DNA from: Lingula anatina
Lineage: Eukaryota > Animalia > Brachiopoda
Assembly (NCBI GenBank): GCA_051362555.1
Contig: CM120647.1
Location: 8,928,001-8,992,000 of the forward strand
Length of the DNA stretch: 64,000 bases
Direction of reading: 5' to 3'
Shown here: piece by piece, positions 33,971-49,600 of the stretch
How positions within the stretch are numbered: position 1 is the stretch's first letter
Layout: the number at the start of each line of letters is the position of its first letter
Position numbers and translations under genes: made by a program
Notes under the pieces: model-generated
Database searches by the model: none
Told to the model about the DNA's origin: nothing
The model's input: the letters and a program-made list of their open reading frames with translations, nothing else

Positions 33971-36900
33971 ATGGCACCACCACCACCTCCGCCGCCGCCT
34001 CCCCCACCACCTCCTAATATGGGAGATACTCCTCTTCCTCCGCCACTAGACACGGGAACGACGGTGGGTATATAAATATGCTACTATTCTCACATTATGG
34101 ATTTTTAATTTTTTCCATAGGGTAATTAGAAACCTCTGTGCAGAGCGACGAATCGCTCGGGTTTGGATAATTTCAATGTTAGGTATATCAGAAAAATTTT
34201 CAAACTGATCAGAAAATTAAAATACTTATATCATCTGAAAGGTAATGCAAAAACCGGATGAAATCATTTGGAATTTTTTAAATATTCCTACAAGCAACAA
34301 AGATATTGAAGTTTTTTAACTGCAAAAATCCACCAAAAGTGTCCACACTTCTCAGCTCAAAACCTGTGCCCACTGACCAGCAGTGATCACTCAGGCGCAG
34401 CAGAGCACCCTGTGTGTCTTTGTGTGCTCAGCCTATTGTCTGGCTCACATAGCCTGTGACTAATCAGGGCAGAGCTATTTCCCTGTGGTAATTTTCACAT
34501 CATGTAATATTGCGGATTAAATTAACTATACTTCGCAACCTTCAAATTTCATGATTTTTCTACATAATATAGCAAATTTCATAAACTTTGCTGGATATAA
34601 ATTTCAAAAAGATGATACCAGCACTTACCTGAAATTTTTTAGCATTTTGTAGAGGCAAAACTTAAAACAAGCAGAACCGAAACTTGTCAAAGACTGCAAC
34701 ATGGGAAAATCATGTGACCGGATTTTACTCTTTGATTTACAACTTATTTAGTTAATGGCTTGTATTAGTTTTTTTACGCAGCGCTAAAAGAGAGATTTAA
34801 AAAAGGGGTTCCATAGGCGAACTGTCAGCAGGCCGACTTCAGTTTAACACTTCACTGCCCGTGGACAGTTACGACTGTAGCGCCCCTAGCGGATTGTGAT
34901 CTACCTATCAATGTTGATATCCTGTTCTTTGATAACTTTCGCTTTTATTTTGATGTTCAGACGCTGTTTTAACTACATTTTGATTATTCGGTGATTAATA
35001 CAATTAATGCACTTATATTATGGCACATTGCTAATCGGTCGGAGACACAGCATGTTTAATTAAATTGAGTATATTTCTAAATATTTTGAGGTTGGTGTGG
35101 GGGGGGGGGGAGGGTACTATTATCAAGTAACTTGGGCTTTATTGTCTAGGGTGTCGTTGAATGCAGTCAGTTTAAATTCATATGGAAACTTCTGGAGTTT
35201 ATACAAGTAGGCCAGTCATGTGTAACAAGTGCACATTCTTCCTTTTATATATTTTTAATGAAAATAACAAAAGAAATTATTTTAATGTTGTTGGATGTGT
35301 TTTGTGTCTCCTCTAGGCTAACGGTCCAGTCACCAATGGCCCCGTCGCTCCACAAGAAAATGGTCTTCAGGGGGCACCACCTGGCCAAGAGGAGGAGAAG
35401 GTGTGGGAAAGGTCATGGAGCATTGACGAAATAAGAAAAGGTGCCACAAACTGGAGTCTTGCTGGAGACGCAGGGGTAGGTGTCAGGAAGGTGTACAGTA
35501 TAAGGTGACAGGTTTAAGGAAAATATTTTGAAATGCTTCCTTTAACTTAAAGCACATTTATAACAGATGATCTGCTGACTAACTGATCCGCTGACTTAAT
35601 ATGGCAGAGTCCACTTAAAAAGCAATACCGCTAATGTCTCGATAGTCTTCCTGCCTTTACATGCACCGTTGCTGCAGGGGCCTAGCTATTAAACATCCAT
35701 TTAATGATGTGTGTGGAGGAAGAGAGTTGACCTTTTCAAGATTTAGTTTTTTCAGACACTTACATAAAAATTTGCCATTTAAAATAACACAGTAAGTCCA
35801 TGTGATGTTTTATGGAAAGAACTAGAAATCTTACCTTATGTTTAATGTTTTATGACTTTGTACATGGTTTATATGCACAGCCTGGGTCACTAACAGTTCA
35901 TTTGAGTGATCACACCATAGTTGTAGTAGTCATCAGAATTTGGAAGGCCGGCATAAATTGGAAAATTTTGTATTATGTACAAGCAGAAAAACATGTTGCA
36001 TCATCCTCATGACATCAGATGATCACTTGCAGCAGTCATTTATTGACAAACTTCAGTTCAGACTGTATAGTTAAAAAATCTTGTGTCTAAATATCTCAAA
36101 CATGCTTGACACCCTGTGTATTCCATTTTCAGCTCCTGTTGTATTTGCAAGAATTTTCACAGAAGATGATATCTAGAACTCATGAGATAGAAAAACAGGT
36201 TGATGGACTTGTAAATGAAATGAAGGTAAGTGTATGGGCGCTTTCCTTTAGGTGAACATATACTGACAGTCATTGAAAGTGCATCAGAAAACTTTCTTGT
36301 ACTTTTTTCTCAGAATCGATTCCAACCATACATGTATAAACGAGTACAAATGCACTTGTTTGGTCATAAGAGAGTCACCTTGTTTGACTGAATAATGGGT
36401 CATATTTCACACGAAAACTGTTCTTTTCTTAATGTTCCAAAGGAAATTAAAATAATAATTGATAAATAAATGATGCGTTTTTAATTGACTGTCAGAATAT
36501 ATGGGCAATTTCATGATGTCCAGAAGTGGTGGAATGATGATTGGCTTTGTAAATGAGGTAGAGGGAATTGTTAATAAACACTTTGATAGTGAATATATTT
36601 TTTATTCAAAATGAAACTTTTTAAATTAACTTTTCTAAGTTTTTCATTTCTTTTTTTTATTTCAGTCCACGGATGTGAGAGTACATAATACATTTAATGA
36701 CTTCATTATGCTGGCTAATACACAGTTTGTGGAAAACGTAAGTTGATATTCATTTCACTTCTGTTGCTAATGGCCCCAAAATTAAAATAGATAAGAAATA
36801 AAACGGCGAATATATTGAATAATAAAATGATTATAATAATCAGGGGATTAATACAAACTTTTACAATTCAGTAACTATAAGCAGGTGTCCTCGAAAAAAA

Positions 36901-38241
36901 AAAGGCAATTACAGCAAACAGAGATAGATCAATCCTGCTAGTGTGATAAGGTTTTTGGGAACGCTGTCTTTGTCTGTTAATTTCCTCTATTTCTTAATAT
37001 AGTCCAGTTTCAACAATTTTTAAATTTGATATGTGGAGAGTATGTGTATATGAAAAAGACCTCTGTCGTTTCTCTTCCTTGTTTGCTTTAGCTCATTGTA
37101 AATCATCTGAAACTCATTTTCTAGAGAGTATATGAAGAAGACCTCAGTCAAAATCCTGAAAACCCAGAGGGTGAGAAAAAGAGCGAGGAACAAGAAAAGA
37201 CGAGGGAACAAAAAGAAGCCGAACTTATCCCAAAGATCACTGAAGCTATTAACTATGGACTGAATGTGATAGATACAGCATTTGAAAAACTAGATGTGAA
37301 CGCAGGAAATTCCGATTCTGAGGATGAAGATGCCAATTATAAAGTTGATCCTATTTTTGAACCTAAGGTATGTGTACTGGAGGGGGGGGGGGAGATCTAA
37401 GAGAGGGGCGTGTGTGTGTGGGGTCTCTTAGGGGAGTATAGAGACCCTTATTTTACCAATAAAAAATGTTTTTGCACCTCGTCCTTTCTCGAAACAGGAT
37501 GAAAAATAAAGGCAACAAAGGTAGGGTGAATATTTGATGGCCTGTTTCTTGTAACCGTCGCTGCAAAAACCTTCCAGTTGCAGATTTCTATATTTACATT
37601 TTTGAATAATTGTGTTCTTATTAGCTTTTACATGTGACTCACAGCTTGTGTCATTTATCATAGATAAAGAAGAACCAGCAACAAAAAAATCATAGTAACT
37701 TTTACATATGATATATTAATTTTATTTATGATATTGTATTTGTATATATTGTATATTGTATTGTATATGATATATATTTGAAGACAGAATAAATAAAAGT
37801 AATTTTTACTCTAGGATCCTTACATTAACCTGCCCCTCAACAACAACAACAACAACAACAACAGCAACAACAACAACAAAATAGCGACATGTATCTGTAT
37901 ATAATGAAATAATTTATTAAAATTAAATGTTGTTGATGTAAAATGAAATAATTAAAATAATACTTTCTATTCCAGGATCCTTACATCAATCGACCTCTTC
38001 CCCATGTGATAGGGACTCCACTCTTCCTGCAGTCAGATGATGTTGGTTTAGAAGAGCTCCCCTCAGGTGAGTGTGTCACTCTGCCATCACAGGAGGCATG
38101 TGGACCAATTTATAATTAAAAAAAAAACTTTTTTTTACTAGATGAGTGGAACTGAAAACGTAGATTTCTTTTGTATGCCCATCTCAGATTCTGTAAAAAT
38201 TACTTGAAGAAACTTTTGTCCAGGTGTATAATAATAATAAA

Positions 38242-38283
<42 letters not shown>

Positions 38284-41200
38284 AGTTTAAACGTTCTGCT
38301 AGCTGAGTGGAACTGGTAATGTAAATTTCTTTTGTGTGCCCCTGTTTACAAAATGAATGTGGTGCCTCAATCAGCATTGCTTTTCAGAGGTCTGCACAAT
38401 AAATTGACCTCAGCCATAGTAAATAATAATAATAATAGTAATAATAATAAACTTCCTTCTGTAGAAGATGAAGCTGTGTCAGACCATGGTAGCATCAGTG
38501 AGTCTGAAGAGAGCGAGGAGTCCGAGTCAGACTCTGAAGAGGATAAAAAACCACAGAAAGTATCCTCCTCTGAGGAAGAGGTAAGGACATGTCTCTTTCA
38601 AATCTTCAGATAGACTTTTTTAATGATTGTGTGATATTTGTAGTTGATTAACCGATTAATTATTAAACGATTGGTGGATAAACTGGATATTTATTAAAAT
38701 GAGTGATAATTAATTGATTGGTTGATTGATTAAGAGCTAATAGATTAATCATGGTTACTGATATGTTTCGTTTACTAACTGTAATGGTTTGACATAAATT
38801 GATGCACTTTCATTGATGAGGGAATCACTTTGCAAACTTTAGTGCACTAGGAGACTACTGCAAAAGATTTTAGGTCCCAATAATCATCAAAACATAATTT
38901 AATTGGAAATATAATTCCTTGGAAATATGAATTTGTTTTATTTTAAATAAAAAAAATAATTTATAGGTTTAACACCTATTTTATTTTATTTTCATAAAGA
39001 AAATGAAGTCAGATTGTGTTATCAGACTTTTCACATATCAGATTTTAAACAATGAAAAGAAGTTTGGCCTTTTTGGACAAAAGTTTCTTGTAATGCACAC
39101 CAGTTTGTAATATATCACAGTGTGTAGTGGGCTGTCGTACTGTTTCATGTGGTTCATTTCTTGAGTTCCGACACTTTGTGTGAATTAGGCTTAAGTGTAC
39201 ATAACTATTTGGTTCATGCTCATATTTTAAGATTTTTAGATTCAGATTTTTTTCGGATTTAGATTTCTGGATTTCGTTTTTTTTTCTTTTACTCCTGTGT
39301 AGTTTGAATAGCATTGCATATTTAGTTCTGTGTTGTTATTCTACCTTTTCTGTAACTAACCTTCAATTCAGTCTTCTGAGAGTGAAAGTGAAAGTGAAAC
39401 TGACAGTGGGAGTGGCTCTGAAAAAGAGGTCAAGGTCAAAACCAAGGCCAAATCAAAAACCAAAAAGGTAACCCAGCAGAGACGTGTATATTTCAGTATC
39501 TGTGAAAACATCATTTCCTCTTGCAAGTTCTTCTATTTGTTTTTTCTTCTTCTATGTTAATTTATTAATTTTTCTAGCAACCTGTTGATTTTGTGTTTTG
39601 TTCTGCATAGTATTTGTTTGAATTAAAAGCCTTGTGTAGATTGGTTGCTTGCATGTTTTTATATATGTTTTGATTGTTGTTGTTTATTTTTGCTTAATGT
39701 ATTGTTTTGTTTGTGGCCAAGATTTTTTAAATTTTTGAGTCATTCAGTACACCTCTCTTGCTTTCGTATCACATAGTGCTATAGTATCGCTGTATTTCAT
39801 AGATTGAAGACAGTGATGATGGCGACCTTTTTGGAAAAGAATCTGAGGAAGAAGGGGAAGAGGATCTCAATAGTGAGGAGGAGGAGGGGGAGGACGAGGA
39901 AGAAGAAAAACCAAAAGTATGTCTTTAGATTAAAGATTATTATGCATCCAGATTATATTTACACAAATGGTTAAGAATCTATTTCACAGCCTATGATATC
40001 TGTGAGTCGATGGCTACTATCTGCATGACATACTCTGCTCAGAACATTTTTGCACAGTTTGTGGTAAAATATGTGCATGAAAATATAAACACATGTATTA
40101 AGTATTTCAAACTCACTTAACATATATTACTTCATCTGTGACTATTTGCACAAGAAATATTATTATTAGTATACGCGTACTACTACTACTACTGATAGTT
40201 GTTGTTGACATTATTATTATTATTATTATTATTATATTGATCCTATAAACCATCATATTTTCTGTAACTAGAAGCCGCCACCCCCAGTGGACTTTGCCTC
40301 AGAGTTGGCTGCCAAGCTGGGAGGTGGTATTCCTCAGCCCCCAAAACAACAGGACCAGGATGAGGATCAGGATGAGTGGGAGGATGCAGAAGAGGCGCCA
40401 AAACATAAAGGTATGCCCCTTGACCTTTGGCCTATGACCCTTGCTCTTTAACCTTTGTCCAATGACCCTTGGCTGCATCAAGTCTTCGGGTTGGTTTTAC
40501 CAATTTTAAATAACTAAACATTGAAAGTTGGTGTCAATTTTTTTTAAAACCATTTTTTTTTAATCAGAAGTAGTGCACAGGCACAGTTTACTTTGGCTTG
40601 TATTTATCTTGTTTTGTTAAATGTGTCTTCCATGTTTGTCATTATAGAGAAAAGACGATCTTCCAAAAGTGAAAAGAAAGAAAAGAAGGAAAAGAAAGAG
40701 AAGAAGAGCAAAAGAAAAGAATCTAAAGGAAGTGAAGGTAGTGTTTAATGCAAAGAAAGTTACCTCAGTTTCAATTTTTATTGTACCCCACTTGAAGCAT
40801 TTTCTTAACTGTGATTAAAGCTTGTAATGTCAGGGTGTTTTTTTCCCAAACGAACTAATAGCTGAATTATTTTTTTATACTCCACTTTTTGTTTCAAACT
40901 GTCACTTGTCTCATTTATTCCATGTTTCTTTTCAGATGGAGACCTTTTTGGCCCTCCTCCCGTGGAAGATGACGACTCCCCGTTTGGTCGAAAAGGCGGA
41001 CTGTTCTCTAGCAGTGGAGGACTGTTTGATGATGACAACGACGAGGTAATTTAAAAAAAGATCTTAAAAGATAAAAAGATATTTAAAAATATTTTCTGTA
41101 TATTTCCCATGTTTCCCTTTCTTATATCTTTCATATTTTCTCTTTTCTTTTTAAACTCTTTGGTCATTGCTTCTTTTTATTATTCTGTGTCTGATCTGCA

Positions 41201-44200
41201 ATTCCTTTTTTACTTGATCCAAGTAACATGTCAGAGAACCATTATGGAAATTCAAAGACATTCAAGTGGAATTATATATTATGGATTTCAATGATTTTAT
41301 TTCTGGACTGTCAGTGTTGTAACAAATATAATGTGATTATTCATAAACTACTGTGGTAATGTAGGAAATGATCCATCATTGACCAGAAATACATCTCAAG
41401 GTGACAATACAACATCGCTGTCTTTAAAAAATTGTAAGTCTTGAAAAAGAATAAGGAAATCTATAACATAATTTAAAGGTTCAGGTTCTGGATACTTCAT
41501 CATGTAAGTGTTTTTCTTTTTTGAACATTTTCTACAGGGTGGTGGTCTTTTTGATGATGTAATAAAAGAAGAAAAAATAGAAGAAAAGTCTGAGGAAGAG
41601 GATGAGGTAGAGGAAGAAAAACCTCCACCTAAAGCCAAAGGTATTGTTCTGTCTAAGTTGATATTTGATTTTCAGGTGATCAGTCTGCAACCCTAGTCAC
41701 TGGTCCAAACCAACTGACAAATAGATTCAGTACCTGATTTGAAAAAAAAAATTGGAATTCTCAAAGTTGCTACTTCAATAGAAGTGGTGAACATTTTACA
41801 TTATGTTTTACATGAAAAACTTCCCATAATCAGTGGATTTTATCTTTGGACTGTTGAATTTTGATTGAGAATATAAGTTTACTTGTTTTTGTGAGGTCTA
41901 CTTGTTTTTGTGACCAGTGAGCTAAAAATAGCAAGGTGCAGACTGGATTATCATGGAAACTGTCACAATTATTTCTTGTTCATCTGTGACACGTGACAGA
42001 AAAAGATATTTGTTTCTAAGAAATTTTGACCTCTGTGAACAAAATAAATGACATGCTGATAACTGGTTATGGGGAAGTGATAGAAATTTATTATGATTTG
42101 ATAGAAATCATGAAATTGTGAAAGAAGTAAGAATAGTAAGGCATTTTAAGGCACTTGCAGCACTTGGTGATTGTGGTTTATGTAAATGACTGCTAACTGT
42201 GCTTTTAGGTTGTCAGTTTTTAAAGAATTAAATTTTTTAAAAGATCATACCGAGTGAAATTGATTGTTATACATGCTGTGATAATCATTTCAGTAACCAT
42301 TTACAATTTGCATTAATTTCGTAGCAAGGGATGCTAAGTCTAGCTTTCACTTATAAGACATGGAGAAAATAATGAAATAGCTGCTCTCTGCATTGAATCA
42401 CAGTAATAATATGATAATAATATTTTTGGTTTGTCAAGTACAATTTTTGAAAGAGTTCAGAAACACAACTGCACTAAATGATTTTGAATTTGATTATTAT
42501 GATGCTTGTAAATAGCTTTAATGCACTTCTAATCATATTTAAATTCAAATTGCACAAACTCAAACAGAGAGCAAAGGAATGACCAAGACAGGAAAGAAAA
42601 TACCTGTAGGGGGTATATCCATATTTGGAGGTGAGTTGATTTATCTGAACAATAGGTGGAGTTACATGTAATTGCAAGATGAAACCATTAATCAAGCAAA
42701 TATTCTGAAATGGGAAATGATATCTTGATATTTTTTTATCAAAACCATTTGGTAATTTAAGTTATTTTTTCTAGAGATAATACTAAGTAGTTTCAATAAT
42801 ATTATTAGTATAGACTCTGATAGCTTCTTAAGTGAGCTTTATTTTACTTGAGGATATTGTAACTCTTTATTATCTCCCAAATACCAAAAATAAGTTTTTT
42901 TCTGCATCATATTGCTTAAAATGCATCTATCTTTAAACCGATTTAAAACTGATTTAAAATCTGATTTAAAACAATAAAGGGTTACAATAATGTATATACT
43001 TCTTCAGATCTAGATGATGATGACAACGACTTGTTTAGTTCCCCAAGTTCTAAACCAAGCCAGACAAAATCAACTGCCAAATCTGGAGGAGGAGGACTCT
43101 TTGATGATGATGATGAAGGCGACCTCTTTGGGTCTGCACCACCAGCTAAAAAGGGTGCGTGCCATTACTTGGTTAAATATATAAGCTGAGATTTTTGGAG
43201 TTAATTGTGAATTTTGGATCTGCACATGTTAACCTGCTAAAAAAATTCATGACTTTTATATTGTCATTACCATATTCTCTTCCTATCATCACAGACTTGT
43301 TTTTGGTTTGTTTTTTTGTTGTTTTTTTTTTTCTTTTTCTTATCTTCTTTTTTTTTTTGTTTTTTTTTTTTGACTCAAGGACTTGGAAAAGGATGGGTAA
43401 CTTTTTTTTAATCTTTCTTCTATTTAACATTTTAGCTGAGCCACCCAAGAAGAAGAAGGAGTCCAAAGCTGTCGACTTGTTTGCAGATGATGAGGACGAA
43501 GATGATGAAGGAGATATCTTCTCAGGAAAACCACCTCCAACGAAAAAAGAAGAGCCTAAGAAAAGTAAACCTCCCGAAAAGAAAGTTAGTAAAAGAATTA
43601 TTAATTTGGCTTACCTAACATTTTAGTCAAGCCCAGTGATAAACAATTAAATTTTCTTTTCCTTTTTTCACAATTTGCCTTGTTCCATACATATTTTTCA
43701 ATGAAGTACAGATTTACCTTGCCTTTTCTCATTGATTCATCCAGCTAACCTTCCTTTCCTCTCCCTCCTTGCTAGCTTCCCCCTGGGGCAGTATCTATGT
43801 TTGGAGGGGCGCCAAATCCTCTGGCAGCAGCCCTGAAATCCAAGAGACCCCCCTCAGATGATGAGGTACGTTTATATCCGTGTGTGTGTTCATTTTTTAT
43901 TTGCTTATATGATTTTGTGCCTGGTTCTTCTGTTTATATATATATATATATAAAACTAAACAGTTAGTTATTTCAATTAGCGAAGTGTTTAAATTGGTGA
44001 ATAAATACTGGTAAGAAAAAATGTTGTGACAACATCCTGTCATAATATTTTGTCTGGTAGGATGAGATGAGGTAAAACCAACTGTATTAGTATATATTTG
44101 GAATTGGTGGCATTTCTTTTATTAAAACAATTGAATTATAATGCACATTGAATGGCTTGCATGATTCTCCAAAAAAGTACCCCATTTTTTATGGATATTT

Positions 44201-46029
44201 CATCCAACAGACTGCCATCTATCCTTTTGTTTGTCCCCATCCCCTCCCCTTCGCCCTTAATTCCAGAGAATACGAAAACTTCTCTCTTTGTTCTTAACAG
44301 ACCTCTGCTATTTCCAGTAAAACCCTGAGTTTCAGAGGACACTGAAAGAAACTCCCTCTTCTACTGTCAGCATTCTGCTTCTGTTTCCATGCAGTTAACT
44401 GGGAGAGACACAGTAGAGAGATGAGGTTCTGGTGTCCTCTGATAGGCCACATTCAGACTAAGTAGTCTGCAGATCAAATATGGATGACCCACTTGAATGC
44501 TTGTTGTGTAATTTCAACAGGAAATCTATTCAGTGTCTAATTGGGAATAAAGCAGCAAGCTTTGAGTGGGTTGCCATATTTGATCCGCGGACTAGTTAGT
44601 CCACTGTTCTGAGTGGGACCATGCTTACTGTGCTCCCCTTTGAAGGTTTAGCAAAGGTCAGGTCAAAATAAGCATGTGAATGCACACAACTGAGTTTTGG
44701 TTATCATATCTGCTGGAATCTACATAAACATATTTTGGAGCACAGATAACAGAGATAGCATTTCACTAAGGATAGTGCCCTCTCTGATTTTCATCCATTT
44801 ATAGTTAATCGTATGTGCTTGATACTTACGTAACTGCTGTGCAATTTGTGTAAACCAGCCAATTAAACATGCTTCAGGCTTCAGAAGAGGAGATTAAATC
44901 GCGGTCCAGTAGCAGTAAATCCACCGCGTCAGGACAGATCAAGCCAACGCCATCGTCGTCGCAGAAGGCCAGTCGAAGTCCTTCCGTGTCCAGCAACAGT
45001 TTGTTCGCTGAAGAGCCAGATGCAGATGATCTTTTTGCAGGAAAACCCAGAGCTGACAGGTATGAAGTAATAATAATAATAATAATAATAATAGAATAGA
45101 AATATTTATTTCTTATCAAGTCTATTCCATTGTACATATTTCAATACACTAATAGTATATAGTTATTTGCACTATGTACAAATTAAAATTTGTGACAAAA
45201 CTGTGCAATACATAAAAAAAGATAATAATAATAATGATAATAGTAATATAAGAGAAATAATTATTTCTTATCAAGCCCATTCCATTGTATACATTTCATT
45301 ACACTATATAGTTATTTGCACTATAAACAAACTAAGATTTTTGAAATGCAAAACTGCAATACAAAAAATTATATAGCCTTACTTATTAAATTTAAGATTA
45401 GCCCTTAATTACTTTGATTTAAATAGGAAGTTGAAAAACATAAATGATAATTTCATAAACTTTAGGTGATTATTTAAAAAGACTGAAACTGTCATAATCA
45501 ACTTTAGTTCTTATATAAAATGGCATATTGGTGTAAAAGTGATTTCATAATGATAATAATAAAAAAAAACAAACAAGGAAATGAATTTTTTTTTTACCAT
45601 AAATCAAAACCCTAAAATCTACTAAAAACAGAATTTTTTCTTGAAATGAAATATTGTGACTTTTTTATTTGTAGTAGCAATGTCTAATATTTATAGCATT
45701 TTCTAATAATGAAAACCTGTTTGTAGCAGTAATCTTTCAGATCAGTGAATGTCAAACTAAGATATATGTGCCATTACACATGCTGCTATTTTGTCCTCTT
45801 TTAGGACAGATTCCATTCACCAGCTACTGTATGTACAGTGTGGAAGTGTATTTGTTGTTCAAAACAGCTAATGGTGTTTGTAGTTATAGAGGACATACAG
45901 TTTGTTTTTTATTTGTGTGCTCTAGATCGCCATATATTTACTCAGTTTCAAGGGGAGAAATTAGTTTAATTTTATTATTATTATACTCTTCAAATGTATT
46001 TACATTTATGACTGTTTCACCTAAAAAAT

Positions 46030-46069
<40 letters not shown>

Positions 46070-46316
46070 AAAGAACAAAACCCAGGTATTTTTTGTTATT
46101 GTCCTTATCAAATATATTTGTATTTATGGTTGTGTCAGCATTAAAAAACAAATGAAACTGCCCATGTGCACAGTTGTTCATATAAAGGATAATGATTGTA
46201 AATGGTTGTTTTGTATCTGTTAGATGTTTGTGGTTTGTTATCTTTTACTGCATGACAATTGATCATGGGCTTGTGACAAGTCAAGGTTGTTTGTTGATAG
46301 ATACTGGGTTATCTGT

Positions 46317-46368
<52 letters not shown>

Positions 46369-46563
46369 AAGAGAGAGTGATTGTGTGTATGGGAGGAGTG
46401 AGTGAGTGAGTATGTGTGTAGGTGAAAGAGTGCACACATGTGAGAGAGAAAGAGAGTGAATAAGTGTTTTTGAAAGAGGGAGAGAGAGAGGAAGAAGGAG
46501 AGAGAGGAAGCAAGAGAGAGGGTGAATATGTGCGTGTTAGTGTGTGTTTGTGTGTGTGTGTGA

Positions 46564-46626
<63 letters not shown>

Positions 46627-49600
46627 GAGCTGGGTAGACATTCGTATATACACGCACATATACATCCATGCTGGCTGGGTGAAGTAAATCTACACACATT
46701 TCAAGGCATACCCAGTCACAGGTGGCACAAAAATACCACGTGCAACAGATGTTGAATTTTAGTTGGCAGCTTTGGGTGTTCGCGAAGTTTCCAAAAAGTT
46801 TGCCCTTTGAGTCAGAGCGATCAGGCCTCTCCATAAATGGCTGTTAAAGTGCAGGTCAAGTTTGAAAATAGGTCTGATAGGAAAATTGTTTTCAAAGTTA
46901 CAGTGGGTAGTTCAATTTTAAAACATTTATTTATTCTTGTATTTTTATCGGATTAACATTTTATAAGAATATCAGAAAAAAATCTGTCTTGCTGCTTCAT
47001 GTATTCTGCACTACAGTTGTACACTGACTTTTTTTAAAAATTAATTTTTTTTTAAATATTAAAATATTAGACCTGTACAGATTATGGTACCTTGTCTATT
47101 TACATATTTATTGACTCATCAGACAAAGTAATCAAGTTTCTCTTCCTTTGTCATTTTGTACATTATATGTAATACATTGCCTTGCAACAATCCTATTTTA
47201 CTTGTTTGCAAAAGAAAAAAGGTTCCCCTTCCAATTTTGTGCCTTTTTTTATCCAAATTCACCCTCAACATTTTGTTTCTTGGAAGCAATTTTTATTTTG
47301 TAATCAAGATCTGCCATTCTTTTTTTTCTCATTCTGAACTTTTAGATAAAACCTTGCATAGTCTCTGGTCTTTTTTCATTACTACATGTAGCTATGTCAG
47401 CCCCATAGCCAGCAATTTCAAAAGGGTGGTTCTTTTCCTGAAAACAAAGTGGTCCCTTCACCATGAAAACTTTGTGCACCTAGATAAAAATTTACCCAGA
47501 GGGGACCTTTTTTCTGCAAAAAAGGAGGTTCTTTCAAACCATCAGAACCCCCCTGGCTACAGGCCTTTATCTCTAAAGACCCAAACACTAAGCTAGGTCA
47601 GCTCAGCTTGGCTATAAATGCACCTTCAATCGAGGTGATTCCCACCTTAAACGTGTAGACCTTAATTCTAGTTGTGAAGACGAATAATTGCCTTATTTAC
47701 CTAGCAGCTGTGAACTTGGGACTTCCTATTAGTGCCAGGTGTGGAGGGCAATCATTATATTAGCAATATGTTAGGCTGCGTTCACATGAAAAATCTATTT
47801 TCTAAAAATCTAAAAATCTATTTGTGGTATCTTGTGATCACGGTCTGTGCCCTGAATACCCCACGGCGTAATTACGGGCAGCGCAAGCCAGTTACTTCAA
47901 AAGCTGTAATTAATTCTCGGTGCTGCCAGTAATTACGCCGCGGGGTATTCAGGGCACAGACCGTGATCACAAGATACCGCCAATAGATTTTAAGATTTTT
48001 AAAAAATAGATTTTTCATGTGAACGGTCCCTTATAGTTTACAACACAATGAATGTACAATATATTGCTGAATTATATTATGTGGGTGATTGATCAGCTAA
48101 AGTGAAGATATGATAAAATTTATAAAACTAAATTAAATGTTGGAGAACTCACTGAAAAAAATGCATTGTGATGCTTCCAGGTGATAGAGCTACAAAATTA
48201 TTTATTTATTTATTTATTTATTATGATGTATGATATATTTCTAATGGTCAACACCACTTTAAAGTGGGCCTTTTAACCCCCTTAGTTGTTTCAACTTGAA
48301 AAATGGCATAAAACCAAGATCAATTTTTTATTCATAATGGATCTTTTTTGGCTAAAAGGGTGGTTCTGTTGCACTCTCCACCCCCCCCCCCCCTTCCCCC
48401 ACCAAAGGGCCTGGACTGAAATACCACTTAATTAATTGGAGGAATTATGACAGTTGAAGTTATCCAAATTAACCATTTCTACTTTCCTCAGGGAAGTAAA
48501 GTTGTCTTGGCAATGCTTTTTAGTCTAAGAGGTCGATTATGAAGGAAATTTGTTGCCCTTTGCAGCTGTGTTAGGTCACATGATTGTTGTAATGCATAGT
48601 TGGTGGACAACCAATAAAGTCATATTTCCTTGCGACAGTCTGTGAATTCAGATCTAGAACGATGATGGTGGTGAATTTTGGACTTCTTCAGCCAAGTTTT
48701 TCCATATTTTTGGACATCATGTGGTATGAGAATCTTTAGGAAGTAATGTGACTTTTGTGAAATGTGTCACTTTGTTGTGATGGAGAACGGAAGAAAATGG
48801 CAGAAGTATTTTGTGATCCAGACTTATATTAAAGAGGAGGTGTGATGTTGAAATCTGAATATTTCATTTGAATGAAGCAGAAAAAAGCAGACAATCAACA
48901 TGGAAGCCATGAATTTTGTACTTTGTCTGTGAAAGTTCCGAGAGTACATGAATTGCTAGAAAATATTTCTAGAAAATGGAGACGCAGATATTGTTTATTG
49001 ATTAAAGGATCTTGAACTCGCACAGATTGTGATTTCTTGTTGGATCCTCAAATTAGGACATGACGAATTATAATCTTGAAATTTTGAAATTAAATTTTGA
49101 AAATTAATGTTGATACAGAATCAGGTATGAGGACCTTACAAATATTTTGTAATTATTTGAAAAAAATGGGGCTGCTCATTTTCCAGAATGAAGAAGAATG
49201 TGAAGAATTATCTTTTAATTTTTCCTGCTTCAAAGCTGTGGGTTCTACCTGTAAGGAAATACTAACAGACAATTAGTTCATGGAGATGCCATTTGTAAGA
49301 TAATTGCTTTAACATTTGTGTCCCAGGTACCAGATGTCCTCTTAGTGTGACCTTAGCTACTGGTCCAAGGCAACTGACCAGTAAATTTTTACATCAGACA
49401 ATTAAAAATAAGATGTTAAAGTGACAGTACACCAGAGGCAACTGTAGAGAAATTTTAGCTGTTGCTGCACAGATATTTTCCTGGGGCAGATTGAGGGCGT
49501 CTTCCGGGTCTTCCAGAAGACGGTCAGATTTTCAAGCTTTCACTGACGGGTATCTAATTTTTTCTGTTGGAAGACAGTCAAACTTAGAGGATCAATCAAT

